Shown one piece after another: positions 47,528-57,034 of a stretch of DNA of 64,000 nucleotides. Location of the stretch: positions 30,771 through 94,770 of the forward strand of contig CAYWCV010000001.1 of assembly GCA_964456845.1 (NCBI GenBank). The letters are read 5' to 3'. Position 1 is the first letter of the stretch. The number at the start of each line of letters is the position of its first letter. The translations under genes were made by a program, and so were the position numbers. The notes beneath the pieces were generated by a model. The model made no database searches, was not told where the DNA came from, and saw only the letters and a list, made by a program, of their open reading frames with translations. The stretch comes from an uncultured Chitinophagales bacterium (GTDB lineage Bacteria; Bacteroidota; Rhodothermia; Balneolales; CAYWCV01).

Positions 47528-48709
47528 TCTGCGAATGATCGATCGCCAGATGGCCTTGAAAAAATGTCTCCACTCGGTGCTTGCCATTATTGAAAGCTCC
47601 TGTCCGAAATGAGTCTCCTCATTCAAGAATTGAAACATTCTGTCAGCCCCGTTCTTTTTGAAAAGGCGTATAAATATCCCAGGTACAACCGTTGGATCTT
47701 CCTTGAGCAACCACAAGATCAGCCTGTCGTAGGTCATGAACCGTGGATGTGATTGCTGGTTCAGATCCTGCATGCTGCGTTTGGCAATCGATTTGGCAAC
47801 CTCAAGCGCATACTTCTGAACTCTGCTGAACGTGTAGCCCGTAGAGGGCTTGCTTTGTCCGCCATTCATGCCCGTGTTTAACACGGAGCGCGTGTACCAG
47901 GCTGGATATTTGGTGTCTTCCATCGGAATGACACCGTATTCCTCTCGGGTCAACTCCCAGTTGGAAGCCGACAATTTCAACACGTCGCGGATATATGACT
48001 CTAACGCCTCAACATAGACAGACATCTCCGACAACGCGGGCGTGAACAGCGTATATTCAACCAACGCATGCCTCCTCGAATAGGGGAGCACATATACAAA
48101 CGCAAATCCGTTCTTCTGATCCGTCCTAAAATCCATGAACATAGCCTTATCAGGATCGAAGAAGTCATAGTCAGTCTCTAATTCCCATCCTAGAAAGTGC
48201 TGTAATAAAGATATCGGAACACGTTGCTTTGCAATGGGATGTGGCTTCTTGATGCTCTGCAAAATAAGCGTTGCTCGAAAATCGCCGGCACTGGTCGTTG
48301 CGACGGCTCTAGATCCGTCATGATCGAAATTCAGAACATCGGCAGTAATCCTCTCAACATTTGGGTGCCGATCAATTTCAGACCGGCACGCACTCAAATA
48401 CTCCTCGCTCTTAATGCACTTATAGGTGTACTTTTCCAGAGAATGATCGTAAACACCCTCCGAATCGGCCAGTGAGATAGACTTCCACCTATGAGCAACC
48501 AAGTTCTCCGTAAATTCGTCCTCATCTGACCAAAAACACCACGTCTTGTCATTTTTAATGTTGTGGTCTCTGTCGATGACCAGAATGTTCTTTTCTTTGG
48601 TGCTTGGATGTTTCAAAAGGTTTCGCAGCACAGTTGTGCCTGCCAAACCAGATCCGGCAATGATGATTTCAGTTTCTTGGTTGGACATCATACGCGGATC
48701 ACCAGCCAC
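47525..48709 (-). CDS. lycopene cyclase-family flavoprotein (CrtY-type candidate)
   Basis: 394 aa. It has the N-terminal dinucleotide fold IIIAGSGLAG and a length and profile consistent with lycopene beta-cyclase-family proteins. The start could also be the Met at 48691 or 48688. Confidence 0.6.
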   Translation of the reverse strand: MAGDPRMMSNQETEIIIAGSGLAGTTVLRNLLKHPSTKEKNILVIDRDHNIKNDKTWCFWSDEDEFTENLVAHRWKSISLADSEGVYDHSLEKYTYKCIKSEEYLSACRSEIDRHPNVERITADVLNFDHDGSRAVATTSAGDFRATLILQSIKKPHPIAKQRVPISLLQHFLGWELETDYDFFDPDKAMFMDFRTDQKNGFAFVYVLPYSRRHALVEYTLFTPALSEMSVYVEALESYIRDVLKLSASNWELTREEYGVIPMEDTKYPAWYTRSVLNTGMNGGQSKPSTGYTFSRVQKYALEVAKSIAKRSMQDLNQQSHPRFMTYDRLILWLLKEDPTVVPGIFIRLFKKNGADRMFQFLNEETHFGQELSIMASTEWRHFFKAIWRSIIRR

Positions 48710-49832
48710 GAACGGGTTTTATGCTTTGACCCAAAACCCCATTTTCAACGGTTGAATATTCGGGAAACATCGCAGCTGTGAGACAGCTGTGATTGGGTAC
48801 GATCTCGAGTATTTGCCCGATCTTGAATCGGTCAAAACCATCTTCGACCATCACCATTCCGTGTTCTTGGCTCAGTTTCACAATCGACAGATCGGGATAC
48901 CCTAAAATGATACCGTAACCGCCAGCGTAACCCGGCAAATGGGCAGGACCCACATCTTTGCTCAAAGCCAAGGCGCCTGCGTCGATGAGGATCAGTCTGC
49001 GTTCGGGGTATATCCCGGCGATCCGTGTGGCAACATGGCAGGCGACGTCATCGATCGTGCAGTGGCCGCTTTCGGCCATGTAGCGGTCGAAAAAAATGTA
49101 GTTGCCGGGCCGCATCTCCGTAATTCCGTCGTAGAGCTCAGCTGATATGTCCAACCTAGCAGCAGGTGTTGATCCAAGGCTACGGCCGGCGCAAGGCACT
49201 CCGGAATGCTCGATCCTATGCGCTATGTCAACTAAAATCCTAGCCTCATCGGCCACGATTTGCTCCAAACCCTCATTGTAGGGGGCTGTATAGGTCTGCC
49301 CGGCATGCGTCAGCACACCGCAGAACCTGATGCCCGGCGCTAGGTGCAACAACGTAGCCAGTTGTTCAATATCCGTGTCCGCTGGCTGCAGCCCGGCCCT
49401 GTTTGCTCCGCTGTCGATTTTTATCCAAGCACCGATTTCCGAATCAGAGTCCCGAAATATTCGCGCCATGGCCTCGGCAGCCGAAGTGTGGTCTACTAGA
49501 ACGGAAAACGTGCAGATTCTTGCCAGCTCGGCAGCTTCTGGCAACTTGTCGGGCGTGATGGGAAAAGCATACAAGATGTCGTTGAAACCATTTTCTGCGT
49601 AGAACCTGGCCTCGGCCATAGTGGACACAGTAATCCCACCAAAACTCTTTTCTGTCTGAATCCTTGCGATTTCGAGTGTTTTATGCGTCTTGACGTGAGG
49701 TCTCAGCTTCACGCCCTTGTCTTGCGCCCTCGAAGACATGTCCGCGGCGTTTGTGCGCACACGGTCCATGTCGACAATGAACGCCGGTGTGCGGAAATGC
49801 TCGGGATAGGTGATTGGCGGCATGCCGATCAA
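48699..49832 (-). CDS. D-threonine aldolase / D-serine dehydratase-like PLP enzyme (alanine-racemase N-terminal fold)
   Basis: 377 aa with the PLP-lysine motif LRPHVKTHKT. Its ATG overlaps the upstream TPR gene stop. Confidence 0.75.
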   Translation of the reverse strand: MIGMPPITYPEHFRTPAFIVDMDRVRTNAADMSSRAQDKGVKLRPHVKTHKTLEIARIQTEKSFGGITVSTMAEARFYAENGFNDILYAFPITPDKLPEAAELARICTFSVLVDHTSAAEAMARIFRDSDSEIGAWIKIDSGANRAGLQPADTDIEQLATLLHLAPGIRFCGVLTHAGQTYTAPYNEGLEQIVADEARILVDIAHRIEHSGVPCAGRSLGSTPAARLDISAELYDGITEMRPGNYIFFDRYMAESGHCTIDDVACHVATRIAGIYPERRLILIDAGALALSKDVGPAHLPGYAGGYGIILGYPDLSIVKLSQEHGMVMVEDGFDRFKIGQILEIVPNHSCLTAAMFPEYSTVENGVLGQSIKPVRGW

Positions 49833-50731
49833 ATCTCGGACATTTTACGGTCGAGCAACATCGTGAGCTCGTCACGGTAAAAAGCGCCCGGCTGGGACGC
49901 ATCCACCGACTTAACATTGGCCATGATTGCGTCGAGCACCCTCCTCAGGCGGGATGTTTCGTACTCGCCGGCCGATTCGAAGTACCCCTTCAATAGATCG
50001 GGGTTCTTTTTGAAGGCCTTCTCAAAATGCTGGAACGCGTCTTTCCACTTACCCTCCATCTGACCGTACGCCAGACCCAAGTTGAAGGAATTTACAAAGT
50101 TGGAGCCTTCCAATGCCTGGATTTTCAAAAGATCGGCTACGGCACTATCTGGTTTGCCGTTAAATAGATGGATAAGGGCACGGGCATTCAATACCTGCGT
50201 GTCTTTTGGGGAATTGCTCAGCGCCTTGTCATAACTCGTGATGGCGTCTTCGATGCGGCCCTGCTTCTCGAAGATGGATGCGGCCAGCAACAGCACCTCA
50301 GGGGCGTCTGGGTCCATTTCGGTGACGGCGTCGAGATCTTTTTGGGCATTGTCGGAATCGTTCTGATCTAACCAAGCTTGCGCTCGCTTCAGGTATGCCG
50401 ATGCATAGGTCGAATCCAACTCAATGGCCTTATTGTAGTCTTCGATGGCATATTTGGATGCGCCTGAAACAAACTTCATATCGCCGCGTTGCTTCCAGGC
50501 TGCCTCAAAATCCGGTTTTAAGTTGATGGATTCCGAGAAGCAGTCTTCGGCGGCGTCGTAGTCTTCCTGGCTGGCGGCCATGTACCCCTCGACAAACCAC
50601 TCCTCGGCCGTCTTGTCTTTGTCGTCTTTCTTGTCGATGGATTTGATGAGAGAGATGAACTCCTTGCGAAATCGGTCGGGGATGGCGCGATCTTGCAGCA
50701 GGTACGGAAGAATGATGTCGATGTTTGCCAT
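49829..50731 (-). CDS. tetratricopeptide (TPR) repeat protein
   Basis: 300 aa. There are several 34-residue A..Y..A...P repeats, for example AIEDYNKAIELDSTYASAYLKRAQAW. Confidence 0.75.
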   Translation of the reverse strand: MANIDIILPYLLQDRAIPDRFRKEFISLIKSIDKKDDKDKTAEEWFVEGYMAASQEDYDAAEDCFSESINLKPDFEAAWKQRGDMKFVSGASKYAIEDYNKAIELDSTYASAYLKRAQAWLDQNDSDNAQKDLDAVTEMDPDAPEVLLLAASIFEKQGRIEDAITSYDKALSNSPKDTQVLNARALIHLFNGKPDSAVADLLKIQALEGSNFVNSFNLGLAYGQMEGKWKDAFQHFEKAFKKNPDLLKGYFESAGEYETSRLRRVLDAIMANVKSVDASQPGAFYRDELTMLLDRKMSEI

Positions 50732-50985
50732 GAAAATACGTGTGCTGACGTTTGATAATCGTTTTTTGGAATCTTAAAGGTAAGGTTTTTGAACTTGATC
50801 TGGTTACACAAACTGCCACACCATGCCGTGTAACATCGAATACTCGCACGGACCATCTGTGAGGTATACACTTGGTGTGAAAAACTTTGTAAACGGCACA
50901 TTGCCGGAAGTCTAAAAACGAATTGACGGTTTACAATCTTGATAAGGTTCAGTATCCTGCCATGTCCAGAAAAATTCCAATTACT

Positions 50986-53868
50986 ATGAACATGAAAAGA
51001 ACGATTCTATTTTTGGTGGCAGTCTGCATCTCCTTGCCAGCTGTTGCACAGAAACGCGCAATGGATCATGACGTATATGATGGCTGGCATTCGTTGGGAC
51101 AGACACGGATATCCGACGATGGCAGTTGGTTTATGTACGTCCTAAACCCTCAGGAAGGCGATAACCGCCTGATCATTCATGAGCGCAATGCAAACCGTAT
51201 CGACACACTTCACCGCGTGTCAAGGCTTTCATGGAGTGCCGATGCCGCTCATGCAGCATTTTTCATTTCCCCAACGTATGCCCAGACTAGGGAGGCCCGC
51301 ATCAAAAAAGTAAAGCGTGAAGATATGCCGAAGGACACGCTTGCGATCTACACGCTTGCCTCACGCGATCTTGTCAAAATTGCCGATGTGAAAACGTTCA
51401 AGATGCCCGAAAAAGGGTCAAATTGGATTGCATATCATAAGGAGAAGGAAAAGCCCGTGCTCGACACAACACGCACCAATGGAAACACTCGCCAGGGAAA
51501 CGGAGATTCACCCTTTCTTGACAATGTCGCACTTGATGCCGATGGAAAAGGAAAGGCAAAGCGAGGCGAAGGCACGACATTGGTGCTTAGAAACCTTCGG
51601 TCTGGTGATGAAACCAGCTTCATGTTCGTCAACGACTACACATTTGACGAGAGTGGAACCGTTCTGGCAATCGCAAGTGTCGGCAACGACAGCACGGTGA
51701 AAGCAGGAATCACCTTGTACGATCTTAAATCGCTGACACCGACGGTAATCAGCACTGGCGCCATCGCTTACAAGTCAATGACGTTCAATGAACAAGGTGA
51801 CAAATTTGCTTTTTTGGCTGATCGCGACACGACCGACGCCAAGCAGCGCTATTTCGACCTCTACCTCTACGAAGGTCGTGGCGACTCGGCCGTGGTCGTG
51901 GCAAGTCGGTCGAATTCAGCCATGCCAGAAGGCTGGATGGTAAGCGACAACGGAAACCTTTCCTTCACAGAGAACAACTCGAGGCTGCTCTTCGGCACTG
52001 CCCCCATTCCGGCGCCAATCGACACCACTATCATCGAAATGGACATGGCCAAGCTCGACATCTGGCATTGGCAAGACAAAGAGCTCCAGCCGATGCAGCT
52101 CGTCAACCTCGATCGCGAAAAGCGCCGTACCTACACGGCCATGATTCGACTGCGCGACAAGGCGATGATCCAGCTCGCAAATGAAGAGATGGCAACGGTC
52201 AGCATACCCATGGATGGTGAGGCCGACTTTGCGATCGGTTCTGACGACGCCAACTACAGGCTTGCCTCCTCGTGGTTGGGCACATCTGCTCGCGATGTGT
52301 ACATGATCAATCTCACCAATGGGCAACGCGAACTCTTGCACCAGGAATTCTACGGTTTTCCACAGGTTTCACCGCAAGGCAAGTACCTGTTCTGGTACAA
52401 TAGCGCCGACCGCAACTGGTATGCCCAGGATGTCAAGACACGCACATTGGTAAACTTGACCGAGTCGGCTGGCGTGAACTTCTATAACGAGTCGCACGAC
52501 TCACCCAGCGAGCCGGGTTCCTATGGCAGCATGGGTTGGACGGCAAATGATGAGGCCTTTCTGGTGTACGACAACTTTGACGTGTGGCGAACGGATCCAA
52601 CAGGCAAAAAAGCACCCGAAAACATGACAAACGGCCACGGACGGCAAAATAACGTACGCTACCGCTATCAAAGAATCGACCCGGACGAGGAGTTTGTGGA
52701 TGTAACAAAACCCGTGATGTATAACACCTTCAACACGATTACCAAATACCAGGGATGGGCCCGTCAATCAAGGCCCATGACAGCTCCTAGCATGGTATGG
52801 GAAGGTCCCTACACGGCCAATGTCTCGGCAAAGGCGAAAAATGCAGACGTGCTGCTGGTAAGCAGGGGTAATTTCAGTGAACTGCCCGAGCTATTCGAGA
52901 CCAATATGAACTTCAGTTCATGGGCTGCAAAAAGCATCACAAATCCACAGGCGTCCGATTATCTGTGGGGAACTGCCGAACTCACGAAATGGATCAGTTC
53001 AGACGGAGTGCCACTCGAGGGAATTCTGTACAAACCGGAAAATTTCGATCCCAACAAGAAATATCCAATGATGGTCTATTTTTATGAGACTCACAGTGAG
53101 GGACTTTACCGCCCTATGTCGCCGGCACCGTCGGCTTCAACGGTCAACATTCCACTGTTCGTGAGTCGTGGGTATCTGGTATTCACTCCTGATATCGTTT
53201 ATTCCGAGGGTTATCCAGGACGAAGCGCCGAAAACTCGATCATTCCGGGTACGCACAGCATCATTGCAAAAGGATTCGTAGACGAGAAGAAGATCGCCAT
53301 CCAAGGCCAAAGTTGGGGTGGATACCAAGTGGCCCACTTGGTCACAAAGACCAACATGTTCGCCGCAGCTGGCGCGGGTGCACCAGTGTCGAACATGACG
53401 TCAGCTTATGGCGGTATCCGCTGGCAGACAGGCATGAGCCGCATGTTCCAGTACGAAAAGACACAGAGCCGCATTGGCGCAACCCTATGGGAGCGCCCGC
53501 TCTATTATCTCGAGAACTCACCTTTGTTCAAGGTTCCCGACATCAACACCCCGCTGCTCATCATGCATAACGACAATGACGGCGCAGTGCCCTGGTACCA
53601 AGGTATTGAGATGTTCGTGGCGATGCGGCGCTTGGCCAAACCCACCTGGATGCTCAACTACAACGGCGAAGCCCATAATCTGGTGCAGCGTGTGAACCGA
53701 AAGGACCTTTCGATTCGACTGTCGCAGTTCTTCGATCACTACCTGCTCGACGCACCTATGCCTAAGTGGATGGCCGAGGGAGTGCCCGCCATCAAGAAGG
53801 GCGCCGAATGGGGCTTTGAACTCGTCGAAGACAAGGGACCCGAAAAGGTGACGCCACCACGGCAATAA
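50986..53868 (+). CDS. secreted S9-family serine peptidase (prolyl oligopeptidase/DPP-like) with a long beta-propeller region
   Basis: The start is taken at MNMKRTILFLVAVCISLPAVAQ. The catalytic triad blocks are GQSWGGY, HNDNDGAVP and GEAHNL. Confidence 0.85.
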   Translation: MNMKRTILFLVAVCISLPAVAQKRAMDHDVYDGWHSLGQTRISDDGSWFMYVLNPQEGDNRLIIHERNANRIDTLHRVSRLSWSADAAHAAFFISPTYAQTREARIKKVKREDMPKDTLAIYTLASRDLVKIADVKTFKMPEKGSNWIAYHKEKEKPVLDTTRTNGNTRQGNGDSPFLDNVALDADGKGKAKRGEGTTLVLRNLRSGDETSFMFVNDYTFDESGTVLAIASVGNDSTVKAGITLYDLKSLTPTVISTGAIAYKSMTFNEQGDKFAFLADRDTTDAKQRYFDLYLYEGRGDSAVVVASRSNSAMPEGWMVSDNGNLSFTENNSRLLFGTAPIPAPIDTTIIEMDMAKLDIWHWQDKELQPMQLVNLDREKRRTYTAMIRLRDKAMIQLANEEMATVSIPMDGEADFAIGSDDANYRLASSWLGTSARDVYMINLTNGQRELLHQEFYGFPQVSPQGKYLFWYNSADRNWYAQDVKTRTLVNLTESAGVNFYNESHDSPSEPGSYGSMGWTANDEAFLVYDNFDVWRTDPTGKKAPENMTNGHGRQNNVRYRYQRIDPDEEFVDVTKPVMYNTFNTITKYQGWARQSRPMTAPSMVWEGPYTANVSAKAKNADVLLVSRGNFSELPELFETNMNFSSWAAKSITNPQASDYLWGTAELTKWISSDGVPLEGILYKPENFDPNKKYPMMVYFYETHSEGLYRPMSPAPSASTVNIPLFVSRGYLVFTPDIVYSEGYPGRSAENSIIPGTHSIIAKGFVDEKKIAIQGQSWGGYQVAHLVTKTNMFAAAGAGAPVSNMTSAYGGIRWQTGMSRMFQYEKTQSRIGATLWERPLYYLENSPLFKVPDINTPLLIMHNDNDGAVPWYQGIEMFVAMRRLAKPTWMLNYNGEAHNLVQRVNRKDLSIRLSQFFDHYLLDAPMPKWMAEGVPAIKKGAEWGFELVEDKGPEKVTPPRQ

Positions 53869-53903
53869 GGCGTTGCCACGGCAGATTGACTGCATCAAAA
53901 AAA

Positions 53904-53936
53904 AGGGGCGATGTATTTTCACATCGCCCCTTTTTT
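53904..53936. terminator. bidirectional rho-independent terminator between convergent genes
   Basis: AGGGGCGATGT / ACATCGCCCCT form a perfect 11-bp stem, flanked by an A-run upstream and a T-run downstream. Confidence 0.75.
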
Positions 53937-53959
53937 ATTCGTGTTGCAGCTTGGACTGA

Positions 53960-55633
53960 CTAGTTTCGCACGGCATATTTCGGTGGCATCCGTTTATGAA
54001 AATCCGTGTGCTTCTGAATTTCGGCACCAAGACGAACAATGTCGGCCTCACCGAACAGCTGCCCAATGATGGTGATGGAGGTTGGCGAGCCGTTGTTGCT
54101 GTAGCCGTTGGGCATCACCAAGGCTGGATGGCCGGTAAGATTCGTCATCTGCAACTGTGGACCCCCAAAACTCGGCGTTATCACAACATCGACACCTTTC
54201 AGGGACTCGTGCATCCTGTCAATCAGTATACCACGTGCTCTGTTTGCATTGATGTACTCCACGGCAGGTATAAACCTTGCCGCCCTGAAAACATTAGGCC
54301 ATGCATTGCGCACCTGCCTTACCAATTCATCGTCGCGATTGCTTCTTGTAAGCTCGTCAAATGCAGCCGCAGCTTCGGCCGACAAGATGAACGACAGCGC
54401 ATTATTGGGGAAATCAGGCAACGAAACTTCAATTAAATCGACACCGATCGAATCGAGGACCTTCAGTATGGCCTGATCGTTGGCTTTGCCCTGGTAGTTG
54501 GCATCGAACAAGCTCTTGAAATACCCGACGCGTATAGAGTTGAGCGGTTTTTCGGCGTCATATGCAAAGGGCATGTCACGGGTGGTGGCGTCGCGATCGT
54601 CCCTTCCGTTGACAGCCTCGAGAACTATGGCGCAATCCTCGGCCGATCGGCACATCGGTCCTAGCTTATCCATGGTCCAACTCAATGCCATCGCACCATG
54701 TCGGCTCACACGGCCAAAAGTGGGACGCAATCCAGTAACGCCGTTTCGTGTAGATGGCGAGATGATGGAACCCAACGTCTCACTTCCAATCGCAAAGGGC
54801 AGGGCGCCTGACGACACCGAAGAGCCCGAGCCAGCCGAGCTTCCGCTCGCACCCTGATCGGTATTCCAAGGGTTGCGGGTCATCCCGCCGAACCAAACAT
54901 CTCCCCAAGCCAATGCTCCAAGTGTCAGCTTGGCTGTGAGTACGGCTCCGGCTTCGTCAAGCTTTTCGATGACGGCTGCGGTCTCCTCCAGAACTTGATC
55001 TTTGTAGGGTGTTGCACCCCAAGTGGTCTTATGACCCGGAAATGATAGCAGGTCTTTCGCACCGTACGGAATGCCATGCAAAGGTCCACGGTACCTGCCC
55101 GCAGCAATTTCAGCGTCCATTGCACCCGCTCGTTCCATCGCATAGTCTTCTAAAAGCGTCACGACAAACATCAGCTCCGGGTCAAACTTCTTCAACCGGT
55201 CAAGATACATGCGAGTGAGCTCGGTTGATGTCACTTGGCGCGTGCGCACGAGCTCAGCAAGTTCAACAACGGTTGAAAACGCCAACGATTCGATAGTGGC
55301 GGGTCTGCGAAGATTTGCCGGCACGTCATACTTCGACGGACCTGCGTGGTAATTGGGTGGTGTCCATCCCAACGGCATCGGGTCAAATAATAGTACCGGC
55401 GATCTGGAGTTCGGCAAATCGAGGCCTCGCAATGCACCATACTGGTTCAATTGGGCCTGGAGGTCCCGCGACATCGAGTCGCGCTCAGCCTCCGAAAACT
55501 CAATCCCTATGATTCGCTCGGCATCCATCACCCGAAATGGGGGTTGAGCATTCGAATTCTGATTCTGGGCGTTTGCATTTTGGGAAGCACTTATGAGCCC
55601 CAATAAAACCAGCAAAAAAGACAATTTCTTCAT
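53960..55633 (-). CDS. secreted amidase-signature (AS) family amidase
   Basis: 557 aa with a signal peptide. It has the Gly/Ser-rich AS region GASGSSAGSGSSVSSG and the upstream GIPYGAKD lysine block. Confidence 0.85.
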   Translation of the reverse strand: MKKLSFLLVLLGLISASQNANAQNQNSNAQPPFRVMDAERIIGIEFSEAERDSMSRDLQAQLNQYGALRGLDLPNSRSPVLLFDPMPLGWTPPNYHAGPSKYDVPANLRRPATIESLAFSTVVELAELVRTRQVTSTELTRMYLDRLKKFDPELMFVVTLLEDYAMERAGAMDAEIAAGRYRGPLHGIPYGAKDLLSFPGHKTTWGATPYKDQVLEETAAVIEKLDEAGAVLTAKLTLGALAWGDVWFGGMTRNPWNTDQGASGSSAGSGSSVSSGALPFAIGSETLGSIISPSTRNGVTGLRPTFGRVSRHGAMALSWTMDKLGPMCRSAEDCAIVLEAVNGRDDRDATTRDMPFAYDAEKPLNSIRVGYFKSLFDANYQGKANDQAILKVLDSIGVDLIEVSLPDFPNNALSFILSAEAAAAFDELTRSNRDDELVRQVRNAWPNVFRAARFIPAVEYINANRARGILIDRMHESLKGVDVVITPSFGGPQLQMTNLTGHPALVMPNGYSNNGSPTSITIIGQLFGEADIVRLGAEIQKHTDFHKRMPPKYAVRN

Positions 55634-55780
55634 GGGTAGTTTTTTATAATGTTTTCGACGACATCATTGTCAATGTTCTAAAATGTAATCAACTGTGGCA
55701 AATACTCACAAAAAGACTTGTGAATCGCAATTTGAGACACTCGATTTCGTTGCTTACCTTACGTTTTGAGCAAAATTACT

Positions 55781-56281
55781 ATGACCACCCAGAACCATAT
55801 GCGCCTATTCCTATTCCTGTTTTTGATTGCCATCTCGACGAGTGCGATGGCCCAGGAGAAGACAGCTTTCACATACAAGAATCTCGAGCAGGCTCAAAAC
55901 CTGGCAAAACAGGACGGCAAAAAAGTGGTACTCGACATGTACGCCTCTTGGTGCGGCTTTTGCAAACGTATGGTGAGCGAGGTGTACGTCGACAAGACGG
56001 TAGGCACGACGATGGACGCCTACTACCATTTCGTGAGGGTCGACATTGAGTCGGACGAGATGGTGACCTACAACGGACGCTCCTTCTCAATGAAGGAACT
56101 GGCAGGAGGCTTTGGCGTGCGAAGCACCCCAACCTATGTATTCATCGACAACGACGGAAAGATCATCGGGGCCCAACCAGGATTCATGCCCGTTCCCATG
56201 TTTAATCTGGTGTTGTCGTTTGTCGGATCCGATGCGTACAAAACGCAAAAATTCGACGACTTCTCAAAAGGCAAGCTGTAG
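55781..56281 (+). CDS. secreted thioredoxin-fold protein
   Basis: The ATG at 55781 gives the signal peptide MTTQNHMRLFLFLFLIAISTSAMAQ. The active site is WCGFC. Confidence 0.8.
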   Translation: MTTQNHMRLFLFLFLIAISTSAMAQEKTAFTYKNLEQAQNLAKQDGKKVVLDMYASWCGFCKRMVSEVYVDKTVGTTMDAYYHFVRVDIESDEMVTYNGRSFSMKELAGGFGVRSTPTYVFIDNDGKIIGAQPGFMPVPMFNLVLSFVGSDAYKTQKFDDFSKGKL

Positions 56282-56953
56282 TTGCATAAGCTCGTCGTGA
56301 AAAATTTCCCACGGTCCTGCATGAGATGGCAACTCGGCAAATTCCAGCCGCTCCTTACTTATCGGATGCTCTATTCCTATGGCATATGACCACAACGCCG
56401 GCCCCTCCGTTCCTCCTTTTTCGACCCCATACTTGACGTCTCCGACTAGCGGCCATCCCCTCGAGGCAAACTGCACACGAATCTGATGCGACCTGCCGGT
56501 CTCTAGCTCGATACTGACGAGACTCAAACCATCGCGAGACGCGATCGGGCGGTAGCTCAAAGTAGCATGTTTGGCCGAAGGGATTGTGTTATGAACAACC
56601 CTGCTTTTATTCGTAGAGACGTCCTTCAACAGATAATCTTCCATCACGCCGCCCGGCAGATGGTCGGAACGTACAACGGCAAGGTATAACTTGCGGATAT
56701 TTCTGGTACGCACGAGCTCCGAAAGCCTGCTGGCTGCTTTTGATGTCTTTGCAAAGACCATCACTCCGCCGACCATTCGGTCGAGACGGTGCACCAACCC
56801 GACATACACATTGCCAGGTTTGTTTTCATTCAGACGGCGATACTCCTTGATCTCGGACAAAAGATCACGATCACCCGAATCGTCAGCCTGTACTGCAATC
56901 CCGACGGGTTTGACGAGTACTATGATGTGATTGTCTTCGTAGAGTATGTTCAT
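56264..56953 (-). CDS. RluA-family pseudouridine synthase
   Basis: 229 aa with the catalytic motif HRLDRMVGGVMVFAKT. No S4 domain is seen. It overlaps the thioredoxin gene 3' end by 18 nt, convergently. Confidence 0.85.
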   Translation of the reverse strand: MNILYEDNHIIVLVKPVGIAVQADDSGDRDLLSEIKEYRRLNENKPGNVYVGLVHRLDRMVGGVMVFAKTSKAASRLSELVRTRNIRKLYLAVVRSDHLPGGVMEDYLLKDVSTNKSRVVHNTIPSAKHATLSYRPIASRDGLSLVSIELETGRSHQIRVQFASRGWPLVGDVKYGVEKGGTEGPALWSYAIGIEHPISKERLEFAELPSHAGPWEIFHDELMQLQLAF

Positions 56954-57034
56954 GGGTTCGCTTGCTGTTTACTCCAAGATAGCAAGGTCCGTTTAAATCG
57001 TGAAATTGGTACCTTTAAGTCGCCTAACCAAATC

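Noticed and set aside
50803-50834. The GTTACAC...GTGTAAC hairpin in the 254-bp gap between the TPR gene and the S9 peptidase gene, as a possible small RNA.
   Set aside because: It has a 7-bp stem with an 18-nt loop, no T-run, and no resemblance to known RNA families that I could recognise.
56789-57034. Long N-terminal extensions offered by the ORF track for uvrC, the S9 peptidase (50923), sod (41047), the HD protein (22655), the OstA-like gene (20365), asparaginase (16485), the AKR (14161), the T9SS cargo (60251) and parA (61498).
   Set aside because: In each case a downstream start reproduces the family N-terminus or a clean signal peptide. The extension would overlap a neighbouring gene or add non-homologous sequence.
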